This document shows positions 37,262 through 48,008 of a stretch of DNA of 64,000 nt, piece by piece. Every line of letters starts with the position of its first letter. Position 1 is the first letter of the stretch. Below the pieces are notes generated by a model, which searched no databases, had not been told where the DNA came from, and saw nothing but the letters and a program-made list of their open reading frames with translations. This DNA is from a virus (Duplodnaviria > Caudoviricetes), in IMG/VR virus record IMGVR_UViG_3300044557_000281, positions 26,156 through 90,155 of that record; one strand, written 5' to 3'. The position numbers were made by a program, and so were the translations under genes.

Positions 37262-37729
37262 TCATTCTATTGGAAATATATCGTTATAAGCCGGTGTCCA
37301 TACTATAGTGGCTGAATCATCACCAGTAGTTGGGATATACAGCTTATAACCTGATTGTGGGTCTAATTCTGGTAAGGTAATCTTGCCGTTAGTGTCAGTC
37401 ATAATTGTTCCGATTAACTCTTGTCGTTGCTCATACTGCCCATATGAATCCTCATCAGTCGGTGCCACTACTTCATAAGAGTAATAACGGACTAAATCAT
37501 AATTCGTATCAGCCAGTAGAACATCTGGCGTACCTGATTTAGGTAGCCAGTTTCTACGATAGTTGTTAACCTCCCCTGTCTCTAATACAAGATTTATCTT
37601 TTTAATGGGTTTATCGTCCACAAGCAATAAATCGTCTACGTCATAAATGTAAGGGAGTGAGTGCAAACCTTGCGCTTTATATATGTTATAGTTGGTTAGA
37701 TTGCATGGCTGAATTGTGTATTTTGTCAT
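37262..37729 (-). CDS. Putative virion accessory protein
   Basis: 155 aa in the Ig-protein operon. Confidence 0.7.
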   Translation of the reverse strand: MTKYTIQPCNLTNYNIYKAQGLHSLPYIYDVDDLLLVDDKPIKKINLVLETGEVNNYRRNWLPKSGTPDVLLADTNYDLVRYYSYEVVAPTDEDSYGQYEQRQELIGTIMTDTNGKITLPELDPQSGYKLYIPTTGDDSATIVWTPAYNDIFPIE

Positions 37730-37864
37730 ACTTCTAAACCGTTCCCTTCACTTGCTACTGTCGTATCAACCATTGCTAAAAAGTCTGCTTGTGAAACTGT
37801 CTCTACGTCATAGTCCCCTGTTTCTACTACACCATCTCTAGTAATTGTAAGGGGTTGCTTAGGG
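37726..37864 (-). other. Candidate +1 frameshift site CCC-TAA and 44-aa extension
   Basis: The +1 frame is open from 37860 to the TGA at 37728-37726. Confidence 0.7.
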
Positions 37865-38515
37865 TGCTGTAACTGTTACTGCACATACGGCTGTTTTAGC
37901 TCCGTCAGTTGTAGTTACCGTTACATTAGCTGTACCAGCCGCTACCCCTGTGATAGTTCCATCAGTACCTACTGTTGCAATTTTTTCATCACTAGACTTG
38001 AATGTCATAGCTTTATTGGTTGCATTCGTTGGTGCGATTGTTGCTGTTGCTTTTACTTTAGCGCCTACGTTTACAGAAGCAGTGGCTTTGTCTAAGGTTA
38101 CACCTGTTACCGTAATGACTACAGCTACTTTATCACCATCTACTAAAATTTCTTGTACACATACGTTATAAGCCGGGAAGCTGAACTCGTCATAAGCAAA
38201 TTCTTTAAAGGCACGTAACGCTACATTTGTTGCGTCACTGTCTGCCGTTGGTGTGAATGTTTCAATTTTAGCTGGATTGTAACGGTCAATGTTCGTATTG
38301 AAAATAGCGTGAACTTTATCTGCTTCAATCAAAATGACTGGTGAACCGTCCGCCCCATCTTCTACAATTTGTTTTACTCCGTCTACGTCTTTCACGCTAA
38401 ACGTGTGTTGATTAAAGATACCAGAATAACCGTCTCGTATCGTTTTTACTACAATGTTACCGGCAATGCCAAAGCCGGCTGTGTTAATTGCCTTATCAAT
38501 TTCTGTATATCCCAT
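37859..38515 (-). CDS. Ig-like (Big_2) domain virion protein
   Basis: VTGVTLDK..ASVNVG...ATIAPTNATNK...SSDEKIATV. Confidence 0.9.
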   Translation of the reverse strand: MGYTEIDKAINTAGFGIAGNIVVKTIRDGYSGIFNQHTFSVKDVDGVKQIVEDGADGSPVILIEADKVHAIFNTNIDRYNPAKIETFTPTADSDATNVALRAFKEFAYDEFSFPAYNVCVQEILVDGDKVAVVITVTGVTLDKATASVNVGAKVKATATIAPTNATNKAMTFKSSDEKIATVGTDGTITGVAAGTANVTVTTTDGAKTAVCAVTVTAP

Positions 38516-38518
38516 TAT

Positions 38519-38884
38519 TTATTTCTCCTTTTGGTCAACTGGTGTGTCTAGTGTAGGAAGTGTTTCCGGTACTTTATCAATAACAGCGTTCATGACTTCT
38601 GCCGTAGCATTTGCCAACTGTTGATTAAAGACCTTTTTCGTTCCTACAGCTTTTGTACCAGCTGTATTTTTACTTTTACCATATTTCGTAACTGGTGAAT
38701 CTTTATACCATGCCCATAGTGCTGATACTCCAAGTACAGCATATGACACATAAGTATAGATGTCGGTGTCTGAAAATGGTAAAGGATTGTGTCCTGTAGC
38801 TGTGATTGCCGAGTTTATAAAGGTTACAGCTGTTACCCCTAAACGTACATAAGCTATCTGTGTATCAGTCAACTTAGTTGTCAA
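38519..38884 (-). CDS. Holin-like membrane protein
   Basis: Two TM helices; NPLPFS..., ALWAWYKDSP.TK. Confidence 0.7.
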   Translation of the reverse strand: MTTKLTDTQIAYVRLGVTAVTFINSAITATGHNPLPFSDTDIYTYVSYAVLGVSALWAWYKDSPVTKYGKSKNTAGTKAVGTKKVFNQQLANATAEVMNAVIDKVPETLPTLDTPVDQKEK

Positions 38885-38961
38885 GTAAAAGACCTCCTAG
38901 CGGTTTTTGTTTACAATGATAATATATTAGGTACACTTATTAAGACACAGAAAAGACTGAT

Positions 38962-39576
38962 TTATTTTAAAAAATCAGCCACTTGGTCTCTTATTTTTTT
39001 AATTAATCTGCGAGTGGTACGGTAAGGTAAATCGTATTTATCACTTGCATAGACTACTAACTCCTTATTTGAGAAGTTTCCACTAGCCATTAAGGTGAGT
39101 AAATCCATTTCAGTAGAGTTTAGCTTCACATGAGTTTGAATATCACAGAACAAGTCTTCAGCTTCCACCGTGTTATCTACATAAATGTGTTCCCCCACTA
39201 AGAGTTCTTCCACCTCATTATCCGTACCGCCTAATGTCTCACGGTGCATATCACGGAAGTAGTTTTTAATGAACACATGTTTCACTCGTAGGTTTAATAC
39301 TTTCTTCACATAACCGGCAAAGTCTACTTCACCATTAATCTCATACTCTTTACACAATCGGATAAATTGCTCATTAATGTATGCCATTAAATCATCTTTT
39401 GCAATGTCGGAATTAAACTTGCTTTCATGGTCACGGAAGATACGCCATCTTAGATTTCTGTATTGGTAGAACAAGCGGTCAGCGTCTCTCATAAAAACAC
39501 CGTTTCCACCCTCTTCTGTCACAAACCGATTCCCATTACGAATAATAGCTTGCTCCTTTGAAATATCTCTAGGCAA
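38962..39576 (-). CDS. Phage RNA polymerase sigma factor
   Basis: DDLMAYINEQFIRLCKEY...DFAGYV region-2-like segment plus C-terminal HTH; syntenic after recA. Confidence 0.8.
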   Translation of the reverse strand: MPRDISKEQAIIRNGNRFVTEEGGNGVFMRDADRLFYQYRNLRWRIFRDHESKFNSDIAKDDLMAYINEQFIRLCKEYEINGEVDFAGYVKKVLNLRVKHVFIKNYFRDMHRETLGGTDNEVEELLVGEHIYVDNTVEAEDLFCDIQTHVKLNSTEMDLLTLMASGNFSNKELVVYASDKYDLPYRTTRRLIKKIRDQVADFLK

Positions 39577-39931
39577 AGGCTTTCTCTCCCTTAAACACTA
39601 TTTTAGGTATCTTAGCTAATCGTGACCCTTTTTCCGGTTTAATTAAATCGGTGTAATGAACCGTATAAGGAACTTCTACCCACTCATCATGATACAATCT
39701 TCTTTCATGGCATAAGCACCAACGGTCATATACGCTCGTTACAGCCACTTTAACCGAGCAAGCATTACTTATATCATTAAGTTCAATCAACACCTCTGTG
39801 TGGTCGTCTAAGGCTTTCTGGAAGCGTTCCTTAATTGTTTGTAGTGAACTTGGTAGAATAACCTCATTTACTTTAGCGTCAATCATCAGTAATTCTGATA
39901 TAGTGGCACCTATTGTATTGTCTTGCTTCAT
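39569..39931 (-). CDS. Hypothetical protein
   Basis: 120 aa between recA and sigma. Confidence 0.75.
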   Translation of the reverse strand: MKQDNTIGATISELLMIDAKVNEVILPSSLQTIKERFQKALDDHTEVLIELNDISNACSVKVAVTSVYDRWCLCHERRLYHDEWVEVPYTVHYTDLIKPEKGSRLAKIPKIVFKGEKAFA

Positions 39932-39990
39932 TTATGTTCCTCCCAATATACTAGAAAAAGGCAAGCATTACGCTCACCTTAGCCTAGAAA

Positions 39991-42758
39991 TTACTCTGCC
40001 GGTTCTTCAGCAAGTTCAAGTTTATGTTTTTCTTCGTACTTTTCTCGTAATCCGCTAAACCATGGAATACTATCTATAATTAAATTCTCGTTATCTAGTG
40101 GGGCATACCAGTGAGGGAAACTAATCATAATCTCTCTTTGGTAAATCTCTTTCGCTAACTCGAAGTTTTCTTTAAGGAAGGGTACTACATCTTTTCCATA
40201 TAACTTGAATTTTTCTTCACCATCTTCGTTCACATATACTTTCCATGACCCACTTGATTTAATCAAGTTGTATTGGTTGGTATTGTTAGCAGAACGGTAA
40301 ATGTTTTGTTCAAAATCTAAACCAGATTCAGCCATTAGATAAGCTTCTGCTTTCTGGTTTGGTGTAGATACTTTTGATTTCTTCGTAATAAATCGTGCAA
40401 TGTGCCCTACATATGATTCTTCTGTTTTACCAAAAGCATTTTCAATAGACTCTTTAATTTGTGAAGCCTTTTTAACTTCTAACCTTACGGTTGCTACATG
40501 GTGAAAAGCATGACCACCCGGCGAATCCACAGACCCGAACATAGAACCCATTTCATCTCGTGCTTGGTTGATTGCAATCATGCAAACATTTGTTGCATTA
40601 ATAAGCGGTGCTATCTGTGTAGTAAAAGCAGATAACGCCTTGCTCTTTATCCCGTATGTTACGATACAATTCGTTAGATTGTACCTTCTATATGTCACCA
40701 TATAGGGCAGACTATATCATATTCTGTATCGTTACTTACAGAACCTCCCTTTTTCCAATTCACTTGAATTGTACTCTACTCACTTCTCCACCAATACCTG
40801 TAATATTAGTTTCTGTTTTCGATAGTCGTTGCACATTACAACTCGCATTGTCTTTGCTCATGATTATCTATTTTTGATAGACTTTCCATGAATTAAAGGA
40901 GTTTTCTGCAATTATTACTAACTGCAGGGGCTAATCAATAACCCGGTTGTTTATTCGCTAGTTCTTTTTCTAATTCATTTACACTAGGTGTTTGTGCTAC
41001 TGAATCCCATATCAATAAGATAGGGGTTTGTGCTAAAGCAAACTTAGGTAAAATTTCTTTTAAGGTTTCCCCTACAAATTCTACTGTAAGTGCTTCTTTA
41101 GGTTGCCCTGTTACTTTGTCTCGTTCAGGTTCTAATAAAAACACCCTATCATGTTCTGGGTCAGTACCAATAGATACCCCCAGTTCTCTAGCACGGTCAG
41201 GGTCAGCAGTCCCCTCTACGTCTACTAGAATTGTAATACCATTTAGGTATTGCATCATTCTGATTAGCTGTAATGCAAATGTACTATTATGGTTTACGAT
41301 AGACTCTGCAATGAAGCTATGTGTTTCTGGCATCTCTACATCATAGGTTGGCTCTGGGTCTACATCATCAATAGAAATGACTTCGTCATAATAGTAATGT
41401 TCATCAAGCATAGCATCAATATGAGCGGCTAATGCTGTGCTACCAGTAAACTCTGTATACTCTGCTACTAGTTCTTTAGCTTTTTTACGTGAAAGGTGAT
41501 GTTTAGTTACTTGGTCTAAGTTAACTGATTTAGCAGTACGACTTTTTGGTGAAGTGCCTTTAATTAGTGCAACACCTAAAGAGCCTAATGGTACTGTATC
41601 ATGATTGGTACTGTTCACACTAGCATACTCACGAGTCTCTAAAACAGCTAAGCAGTCTTCAGAAACATAAGGAACAACGTCTAAGAATTTTAAAATGTCA
41701 AACCCTGTAATGGATAGCCGGTAATACTTATTGTCTGGGTAAGCCTTAACTACTTTTTCACTAAAGAAAGAGATAACCCCCAAGTTTTTCAACATCAATT
41801 GTACTGAATGGAGTAGGTCTCTTGACGCAGAAGAGACTTCAATAGTACCTTTATCAATGCTTGACTCACACTCAAAGTATCCTTGTAAGAATCCAATTTG
41901 TGCTTCCATATCACCTAATTGGATACAGTTAGGTACAACTTTATCTTTAGCTACACCAACACTCAATCCGTATCTAGTGTAAAAACGTTCTAGTCTTTCC
42001 TTACCATTAACATGTAAGCTAATACTTCCGGGTGAACTATCTTTTGTATACTCTTTTACAATAAAGCCATATTCCATTAAGAATGAAGCGACTTTTCCTA
42101 ACAAATATTTGTTATTATTTGTAAATGTAAGTTTAGTCTTACCAAACGAACCGTCAGCTACCAGACAACCTAATGCAAACGCATCAGTAGAAGAGAAATT
42201 AGTGTGACCCTCAATGCGGTCACCTCGTCTTGTTACTAAGAAATCTCCTACTTTTAGGTCTTGCGCTTTACGCCAAACATGAACTCCATCTTCCATAACC
42301 AATAATGGATGGTTAAGTGTAATCTTTTGAGATAACCCTGTACGTGTAGTTACTTGTTTTAAAGCACGAACACCATTAAATGTTAGTTTAGATGTATGTT
42401 CAACTTTACCATACCGATTAATTAGTGGAACTTGGGCTTCAATTACTTTAGTTGTATTTACTAAAGGATACCCGGCTTCTTCAAATATAGTCCCAAGTGG
42501 TTTGTATCCACTTGGTGTTAGAATTACTGTATCTTTTGAAAGACATTTACCACTGGCATTAATACCGAAAACCTCATTAATTCTACCGAATGGTAGTCCT
42601 CCACCTAAGATATAATCTAATTGTGGAATACCAGTTGGTAATCTATCGTGAATAGCAGATTGTTCTGTATCTTGGTATAAAGTCACTCCAAGTTTTTTGC
42701 TTAAATCTACTACAGAATCGCCATCATTAAATGACGCTTTACTTGCTCTTGTTGCCAT
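39991..42758 (-). CDS. recA: RecA-like recombinase; exons 42758-40941 and 40650-39991; contains an intein
   Basis: PTGIPQLD, Walker A GINASGK|ST, IWDSVA, KQPG|IKSKAL, AINQARD, GGHA; about 405 aa mature. Confidence 0.95.
40651..40940 (-). ncRNA. ORF-less group I intron in recA (290 nt)
   Basis: P 40883-40894, Q 40857-40865, R 40823-40834, S 40709-40720; exon 1 ends in U, intron ends in G, join is in frame. Confidence 0.9.
41286..42545 (-). mobile_element. LAGLIDADG intein (420 aa) in the RecA P-loop
   Basis: Starts CLSKDT, ends VNHN before Ser; LGCLVADGS and FLQGYFECE motifs. Confidence 0.95.
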
Positions 42759-42842
42759 ATCTTATAACCTCCTAAAAATTAGTGCTTGCAAAACTACTAA
42801 AGCTATCGTATAAGAAAAGGGGAAAGCTCCCCTTAATCTCCT

Positions 42843-43952
42843 TTACATTACACCCATATTAGCTAGTAAGTCACTAACACTAGGTACATTGTTATCCGCT
42901 ACCGGTGCTTGTTGTACGGGTTGTTGTACAGGTACTTGTTGTTGTTGCACTGGTTGTTGATTCACCACTTGTTGTACCGGTGCTTGTTGTACAGGTTGTG
43001 CCGGAATTACAGGGTCTTTTGCAAATGGTAATTCATCATCTGTAATAGGTGTGTTATTGTAATTACGGTTAGGTTCTGGCGCAAAGTTAGGTACTACATT
43101 CTGTGGTTGTGTGAAGTTTGGTGCTTGTGCTGTTTGAGTTTGAGCACTAGCTTGATTGTTATGAGGGACACCGTTAATAGCGTCAATCATATAATCTAAG
43201 AAATCACCATTGAAATCTTGTGTAGGTTTCGCTTGATTTGTTAGATTTTCTAAGCTATTTTCCCAACCATCAGGTAAAGCCCCTAAAGGATAGCCAGAAT
43301 GTACTTGTACACTGTAGCTCATTGTTCCGGGTGCTGGACGTGAAATAGAGACAGGGTATGCCGCCAAAGCACTAATGAAACTATATTCAGCAACAGAAGG
43401 GTCAATCCCTTGTTGGTTTAATGCGGCTGGACGATTAAACGTATTGCTTAATTGTTCATTTAAAGCCGAACAAGCGGAAAATGGTAGTTCCATCACATGG
43501 ACTTCTAAATTGCCTTGTGCGTCACGTTTTTCCATCATAGCGCCGGTACCAGCGTCTTGTATGACTGGGACAACATTTACTAAGAATAATTGTTTAGGTT
43601 TCGTGTTAGGGTATGACGAGTAAGCCGTACCATTGGCTTGCCATTTCGCTAACTCTACATCTACTTTAGAATCTGTAGTAGGTAATTCTGGTAATACAAC
43701 ATTGGCACTTAATGTTTCTTGTGGGTTGCTTGGTTTACGAGTGTTTAACCAAATAGACCGGATAGGTACGTTATAGTTATCACCGGCAACAACTGGTGGT
43801 AAGATACGTACAGTATAAACAGGTGTTTTCTTAGAGAAACGTAACATTGGATTCTTCAAGTCTTGTGAAGGGTAATGTACGTCATTACGGGTATTGCTAA
43901 ATTTTGCTTCTTGCTCTTGGCGTTGTTTGTTTAATTCGTCTAAAAAACTCAT
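42843..43952 (-). CDS. Single-stranded DNA-binding protein
   Basis: VRILPP motif, Q-rich tail, syntenic before recA. Confidence 0.8.
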   Translation of the reverse strand: MSFLDELNKQRQEQEAKFSNTRNDVHYPSQDLKNPMLRFSKKTPVYTVRILPPVVAGDNYNVPIRSIWLNTRKPSNPQETLSANVVLPELPTTDSKVDVELAKWQANGTAYSSYPNTKPKQLFLVNVVPVIQDAGTGAMMEKRDAQGNLEVHVMELPFSACSALNEQLSNTFNRPAALNQQGIDPSVAEYSFISALAAYPVSISRPAPGTMSYSVQVHSGYPLGALPDGWENSLENLTNQAKPTQDFNGDFLDYMIDAINGVPHNNQASAQTQTAQAPNFTQPQNVVPNFAPEPNRNYNNTPITDDELPFAKDPVIPAQPVQQAPVQQVVNQQPVQQQQVPVQQPVQQAPVADNNVPSVSDLLANMGVM

Positions 43953-43984
43953 GGTTAATGTGATTTCCTTTCGGTAGGGTTAAC

Positions 43985-44500
43985 CTACACTGTTAATTTA
44001 GTTGGGTCTAGTTGAGTTGTGTTGATTGGGTTTACTTTCTTAGAGAAGTCATTTTCTCTCCGTAGTTCTGCACCTATTTGAATAAGCATATCTCTACGGT
44101 GTTCAAATGCTTTCACTGTATATTGTAGTTTTCCTACGATATACTTTGTTTTAAGCAATACCTCTGACAATTGTTGATAAGTTGGGTCTAATTGAATACC
44201 GGCTTCTATCTGGTCTTTCGTTGGTTTAGTGACTCCGGCATTCACATATTGGACTCTTGTTGGTTCGTACAAAGAAGCTCTGCAACGTTCTAAGGCTAAT
44301 GCGTCAGATTCTTGTTGTAGCTTCATACGCTCTAGTAGACTAGTCCAATACACGTACTTTGCCGGGTGACTATAAAATTCTTCTTTAACATTAAATCCAT
44401 TAATGTTTAGTTCTTGCTTCAAAGAGTAGGTTTGCAACTCTCCATTAGCGTCTATCACTTTAATTTCATCAAAGTCTAAAGAAGGCACTCGTATTTCCAT
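43985..44500 (-). CDS. Conserved hypothetical protein (possible recombination mediator)
   Basis: 171-aa helical protein between polA and SSB; function inferred. Confidence 0.7.
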   Translation of the reverse strand: MEIRVPSLDFDEIKVIDANGELQTYSLKQELNINGFNVKEEFYSHPAKYVYWTSLLERMKLQQESDALALERCRASLYEPTRVQYVNAGVTKPTKDQIEAGIQLDPTYQQLSEVLLKTKYIVGKLQYTVKAFEHRRDMLIQIGAELRRENDFSKKVNPINTTQLDPTKLTV

Positions 44501-44569
44501 AACAACACCACCTTTCCTACATATTATAACATACGTTTGCTAATAATGGAACAGGTAAACGAAAGTTTT

Positions 44570-47500
44570 TTAACTTATTTTCATAGCTTCATAACTTGGT
44601 TTCGCTTGTTCTATTTGTTGAATGGCTTGGTTATATTGCTCGTCTGTAATCTTACTACAATCTCGGTAATCACGTAGAGTGTTTAGTGCTCGTTGGTATT
44701 CACAATACCCTTTTAATGACGTGAACTTATGGATTTCATCTAAATCAAAATCCACCATATCATTGTACGTTAACCCAATTTCTGCGTCTGCTTTGATTGG
44801 GTAACGGATTGTTTTTCCTTCCCACTCTACAAATAAGAATGGAATAGGTAGTTGTTCCATAATAGTTTTACAAGCTGGGATTACTTCATCTACTTCATCT
44901 GGTGGACAATCTATCAGAATACTATCGTGAACGGTGATAACTACTTTAGCTCGTCTATTGGTTAATCGTAAGTAATCGTCTATTAATACCAATGAGTAGT
45001 TAGTTAAGTAGGCACCAGTTCCTTGGACTTGGGTATTTACTACTTTACGGATAGCTCCATTATAAACTTTACGGTCTTTAGAGAAAATATCTTGGATTAG
45101 TCTACGGTGTCCTTGTAAGGTTTCTACATAACCATCTTTCATAGCTTTCTGTTGTGTTCGTTCAATGTAATCCTTAACAGCCGGTTTACTAGCAAAATAT
45201 TTATCAAAAATATCACTAGCTTCTTCTACGGTCATATTATTCTTAGCAGAAAAGCTTTGTGGGGTTTCTCCATAAATCAAACCGAATGCTACTTTCTTGG
45301 CATGGCTTCGCATATCTGGTGTTACTTCGTCTAGTGACACACCGAACGCTAAGGAAGCAGTCTCCTTGTGCATATCTCGTGTAGCGTCTAAGAACGCTTC
45401 CGTCATAGCTTTATCCATACTAACTAATCCTGTTATATGCATTTCTAGTGCGGAATAGTCTAAGTTAAATAATGCCCCACCCTCTTCTGCAAATTCAGAA
45501 ATGAAGTTTCGTTTAATAGGGTGTAAATAATCAAATCGGTCTACATCACCGACATGGCTAGGCAATTGTTGTAAATTCGGGTTGGTGCTATTCAATCGAC
45601 TAGTTTCTGTCCCTGTTTCACTGTAACCCCCATGAATCCGGTCTTTCCCACTTCTTATTAAAAGTAGTTTAGTGGTAAAACCATTACGTAAGGTGACTAC
45701 TTTTGAGATATTGAGTAATCGCTGTGACAGTTCCTTAATCTCTTTTGTTGCCCCCTCATCTACTAGATAACCTAATACGTGCTTATCGGTCTTATAATCT
45801 TCCCACGTAAGGTCGTCTTCCTTAATACCGGCTTCAAATGATTTTTCCTTTAAGTTATTCTTATCATAAGGAACTTGGGCTTTTAATACAGAAAACATTA
45901 ATCGCCCTTTATCTTCTGGACTGGTTGGGTTGAATTGGGTCTTATCTTTGTATTTAGAACGTAGTTTCACTATATCCGTATCACGTTCTTTTACTGGTTT
46001 AGCGAACTCGGTTACACCTATCTCATACAATTGTTCTTTTATACTCTCTACTTGTTTAACGGCTGGAAATTCTCTAATCTCTGCAGTTAACCTATCGGCT
46101 TCTGCAAAATAATCTTTTTCCAGTTGCTTGGTGTACTCTACGTCTAGTCTAATGCCATTAGCTTCGATTCTGGCTAATGCTCGTGCCAGTTTAGGATAAA
46201 ATTCAGTAGCTAGTTTGTACATGCTAGTGGTTATCTTTACACGTTCAATCAGGTTATTATAAATTCTTAAACAACAGTCTACGTCCCCTGAAGCATACGG
46301 GTGCAACACCTTTAATGGAATCCATTCATAGTTAAAGTCTTCTGCTGGATTCACTTCATTGTGTAATTTAAAGGAAGCTTTAGTAGGGAACTTCGGCATA
46401 GCACCCTTCTTAGGTTTTACTGGTTTCGGGGTACGTTTCTTCTGGTCTTTATCCAATGACTTGTACTCTGCCACCTGTAATTTATAATCTTCACTGGCTA
46501 ATTTGTATTCCTCATTAATTTTAAGTGTTGCTTCCTTTTTTGCTTTGTCCCGTTCTGCTAGAAATTCATCTAATTTATCTTTCTTATACTGTTTCTTGTA
46601 ATCATCTAACGGTTGGTCATAACCGCCCATATCAGTAAATTCATAAGCTAAATCAGATAATTTAAATGAAGCTTCTAACTTTTGTACAACAGCTAAGTAA
46701 TACATGGTTTTCGTATCACGACAATTGTTAAACACTTGGACTGGGGAAGTTAACATCAACCATTTCATATCGAACTTAGTATTGTGCCCCACTTTTACTT
46801 GTAGCTCATCTTCCATGAATCGTTGGATAAGTTTCCAAATAGCGTCTTGCTCCATCACGTTCCATTGGCGCCATTCCTTATGAAATAGTGGAAGAGTATA
46901 ACCAGTACCCTCTTTATATGAGAAAGTGAACACTAGTATCTTAGCCCCTTCTACTTCTGCTCGTAGGGAATTGGTTTCTAAATCCCAAGCGGTAGCTGGT
47001 CTATTAGCATAGAGATAATCAAACTGCTCTTTCACTTTTTCATAGTTGTTCAAGAAAGTGTACTCTACTAATTTAGGGTTGAATAGTGATTCACCCTCAC
47101 GGATAAATTTCCCAATTACTCGAAAATCTGCAATGGATAAATTCACCACATTAGGAGACATTTTAAGGAACTCTTGCGAAAAGGTAGGAAGACACCAGAC
47201 TTGATAAACTTCACCGTCACTGGCTTGCAAATCTAGTTGTACTGGTTTCCCTCGTAAGGCAGATATTTTTGCCTGTCCTAGTAGCATTTTACACCCAATG
47301 TTCCCAGTAGGTAGTAGTAAGCTAGGTTTAGCCTTTACAATCTTATCAATCAATTCTTGTGTGTAAGCGTCTATTTCTTTTTTGGTAGGGTCTTTATACG
47401 ACAATACTTTTCCGTTCCGGTCATTAATCTTCTTGGCTGGTGGGATTTTAGGGTAAGCGTAGGTGACTGCAAAGTCCTTTTTTCCTACCCCAATTTTACC

Positions 47501-47614
47501 TAAATGACTGACTAATACTTTCCCTAATTGGGAACCGGTATAATCTACTTTTACGCCATCTGGTGTTTTCTTTATGTGTTCTTGTCTAACATAATCTTGA
47601 ATAAACAGAAGCAT
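44570..47614 (-). CDS. polA: Family A DNA polymerase with N-terminal UDG-like domain
   Basis: WDLETN, GHNTKFD, YASGD, NLDYSALE, HAKKVAFGLIYG, TVHDS. Confidence 0.97.
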   Translation of the reverse strand: MLLFIQDYVRQEHIKKTPDGVKVDYTGSQLGKVLVSHLGKIGVGKKDFAVTYAYPKIPPAKKINDRNGKVLSYKDPTKKEIDAYTQELIDKIVKAKPSLLLPTGNIGCKMLLGQAKISALRGKPVQLDLQASDGEVYQVWCLPTFSQEFLKMSPNVVNLSIADFRVIGKFIREGESLFNPKLVEYTFLNNYEKVKEQFDYLYANRPATAWDLETNSLRAEVEGAKILVFTFSYKEGTGYTLPLFHKEWRQWNVMEQDAIWKLIQRFMEDELQVKVGHNTKFDMKWLMLTSPVQVFNNCRDTKTMYYLAVVQKLEASFKLSDLAYEFTDMGGYDQPLDDYKKQYKKDKLDEFLAERDKAKKEATLKINEEYKLASEDYKLQVAEYKSLDKDQKKRTPKPVKPKKGAMPKFPTKASFKLHNEVNPAEDFNYEWIPLKVLHPYASGDVDCCLRIYNNLIERVKITTSMYKLATEFYPKLARALARIEANGIRLDVEYTKQLEKDYFAEADRLTAEIREFPAVKQVESIKEQLYEIGVTEFAKPVKERDTDIVKLRSKYKDKTQFNPTSPEDKGRLMFSVLKAQVPYDKNNLKEKSFEAGIKEDDLTWEDYKTDKHVLGYLVDEGATKEIKELSQRLLNISKVVTLRNGFTTKLLLIRSGKDRIHGGYSETGTETSRLNSTNPNLQQLPSHVGDVDRFDYLHPIKRNFISEFAEEGGALFNLDYSALEMHITGLVSMDKAMTEAFLDATRDMHKETASLAFGVSLDEVTPDMRSHAKKVAFGLIYGETPQSFSAKNNMTVEEASDIFDKYFASKPAVKDYIERTQQKAMKDGYVETLQGHRRLIQDIFSKDRKVYNGAIRKVVNTQVQGTGAYLTNYSLVLIDDYLRLTNRRAKVVITVHDSILIDCPPDEVDEVIPACKTIMEQLPIPFLFVEWEGKTIRYPIKADAEIGLTYNDMVDFDLDEIHKFTSLKGYCEYQRALNTLRDYRDCSKITDEQYNQAIQQIEQAKPSYEAMKIS

Positions 47615-47705
47615 TCTGGTAACTCCTCCTTCATAGTTTCCTATCTATTATAACACTTGTTTCAGTCCGCGTCTATTGTTACTACAAAAAAGAGTTAGCA
47701 AAATG

Positions 47706-48008
47706 CTAACCCTCGGTGTTTAATCGTTCTAATGTCTTTTCAAATAGTGATAGGTGTTGCATTTTCACTACTTTCTTTTCTGGAATATTGTAATACTCTT
47801 TCTTTATCCCATCCCATGCTCGTTTAGGGGGTTTAGTTTCTACATTAAGTTTATAGAACTTATGACGCTTAATGGATATTCCTTGGGATAGTAGTTCACT
47901 CATTACATAGTCTTCTAGGTCTAACAGATGGTCTACGTCTTTTATAGTGAACTTACTTTGGCTTGCTATGATTCTAGCAATATCGTTTCTGTTTACGGTT
48001 TTTGGCAT
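47706..48008 (-). CDS. HU/IHF-like DNA-binding protein
   Basis: 100 aa, basic; IARIIA...PPKRAWD..K..Y.IP. Confidence 0.75.
   Translation of the reverse strand: MPKTVNRNDIARIIASQSKFTIKDVDHLLDLEDYVMSELLSQGISIKRHKFYKLNVETKPPKRAWDGIKKEYYNIPEKKVVKMQHLSLFEKTLERLNTEG

Noticed and set aside
44570-47614. Intein or intron in DNA polymerase
   Set aside because: Single ORF of normal size; no C...HN splice motifs or intron core seen.
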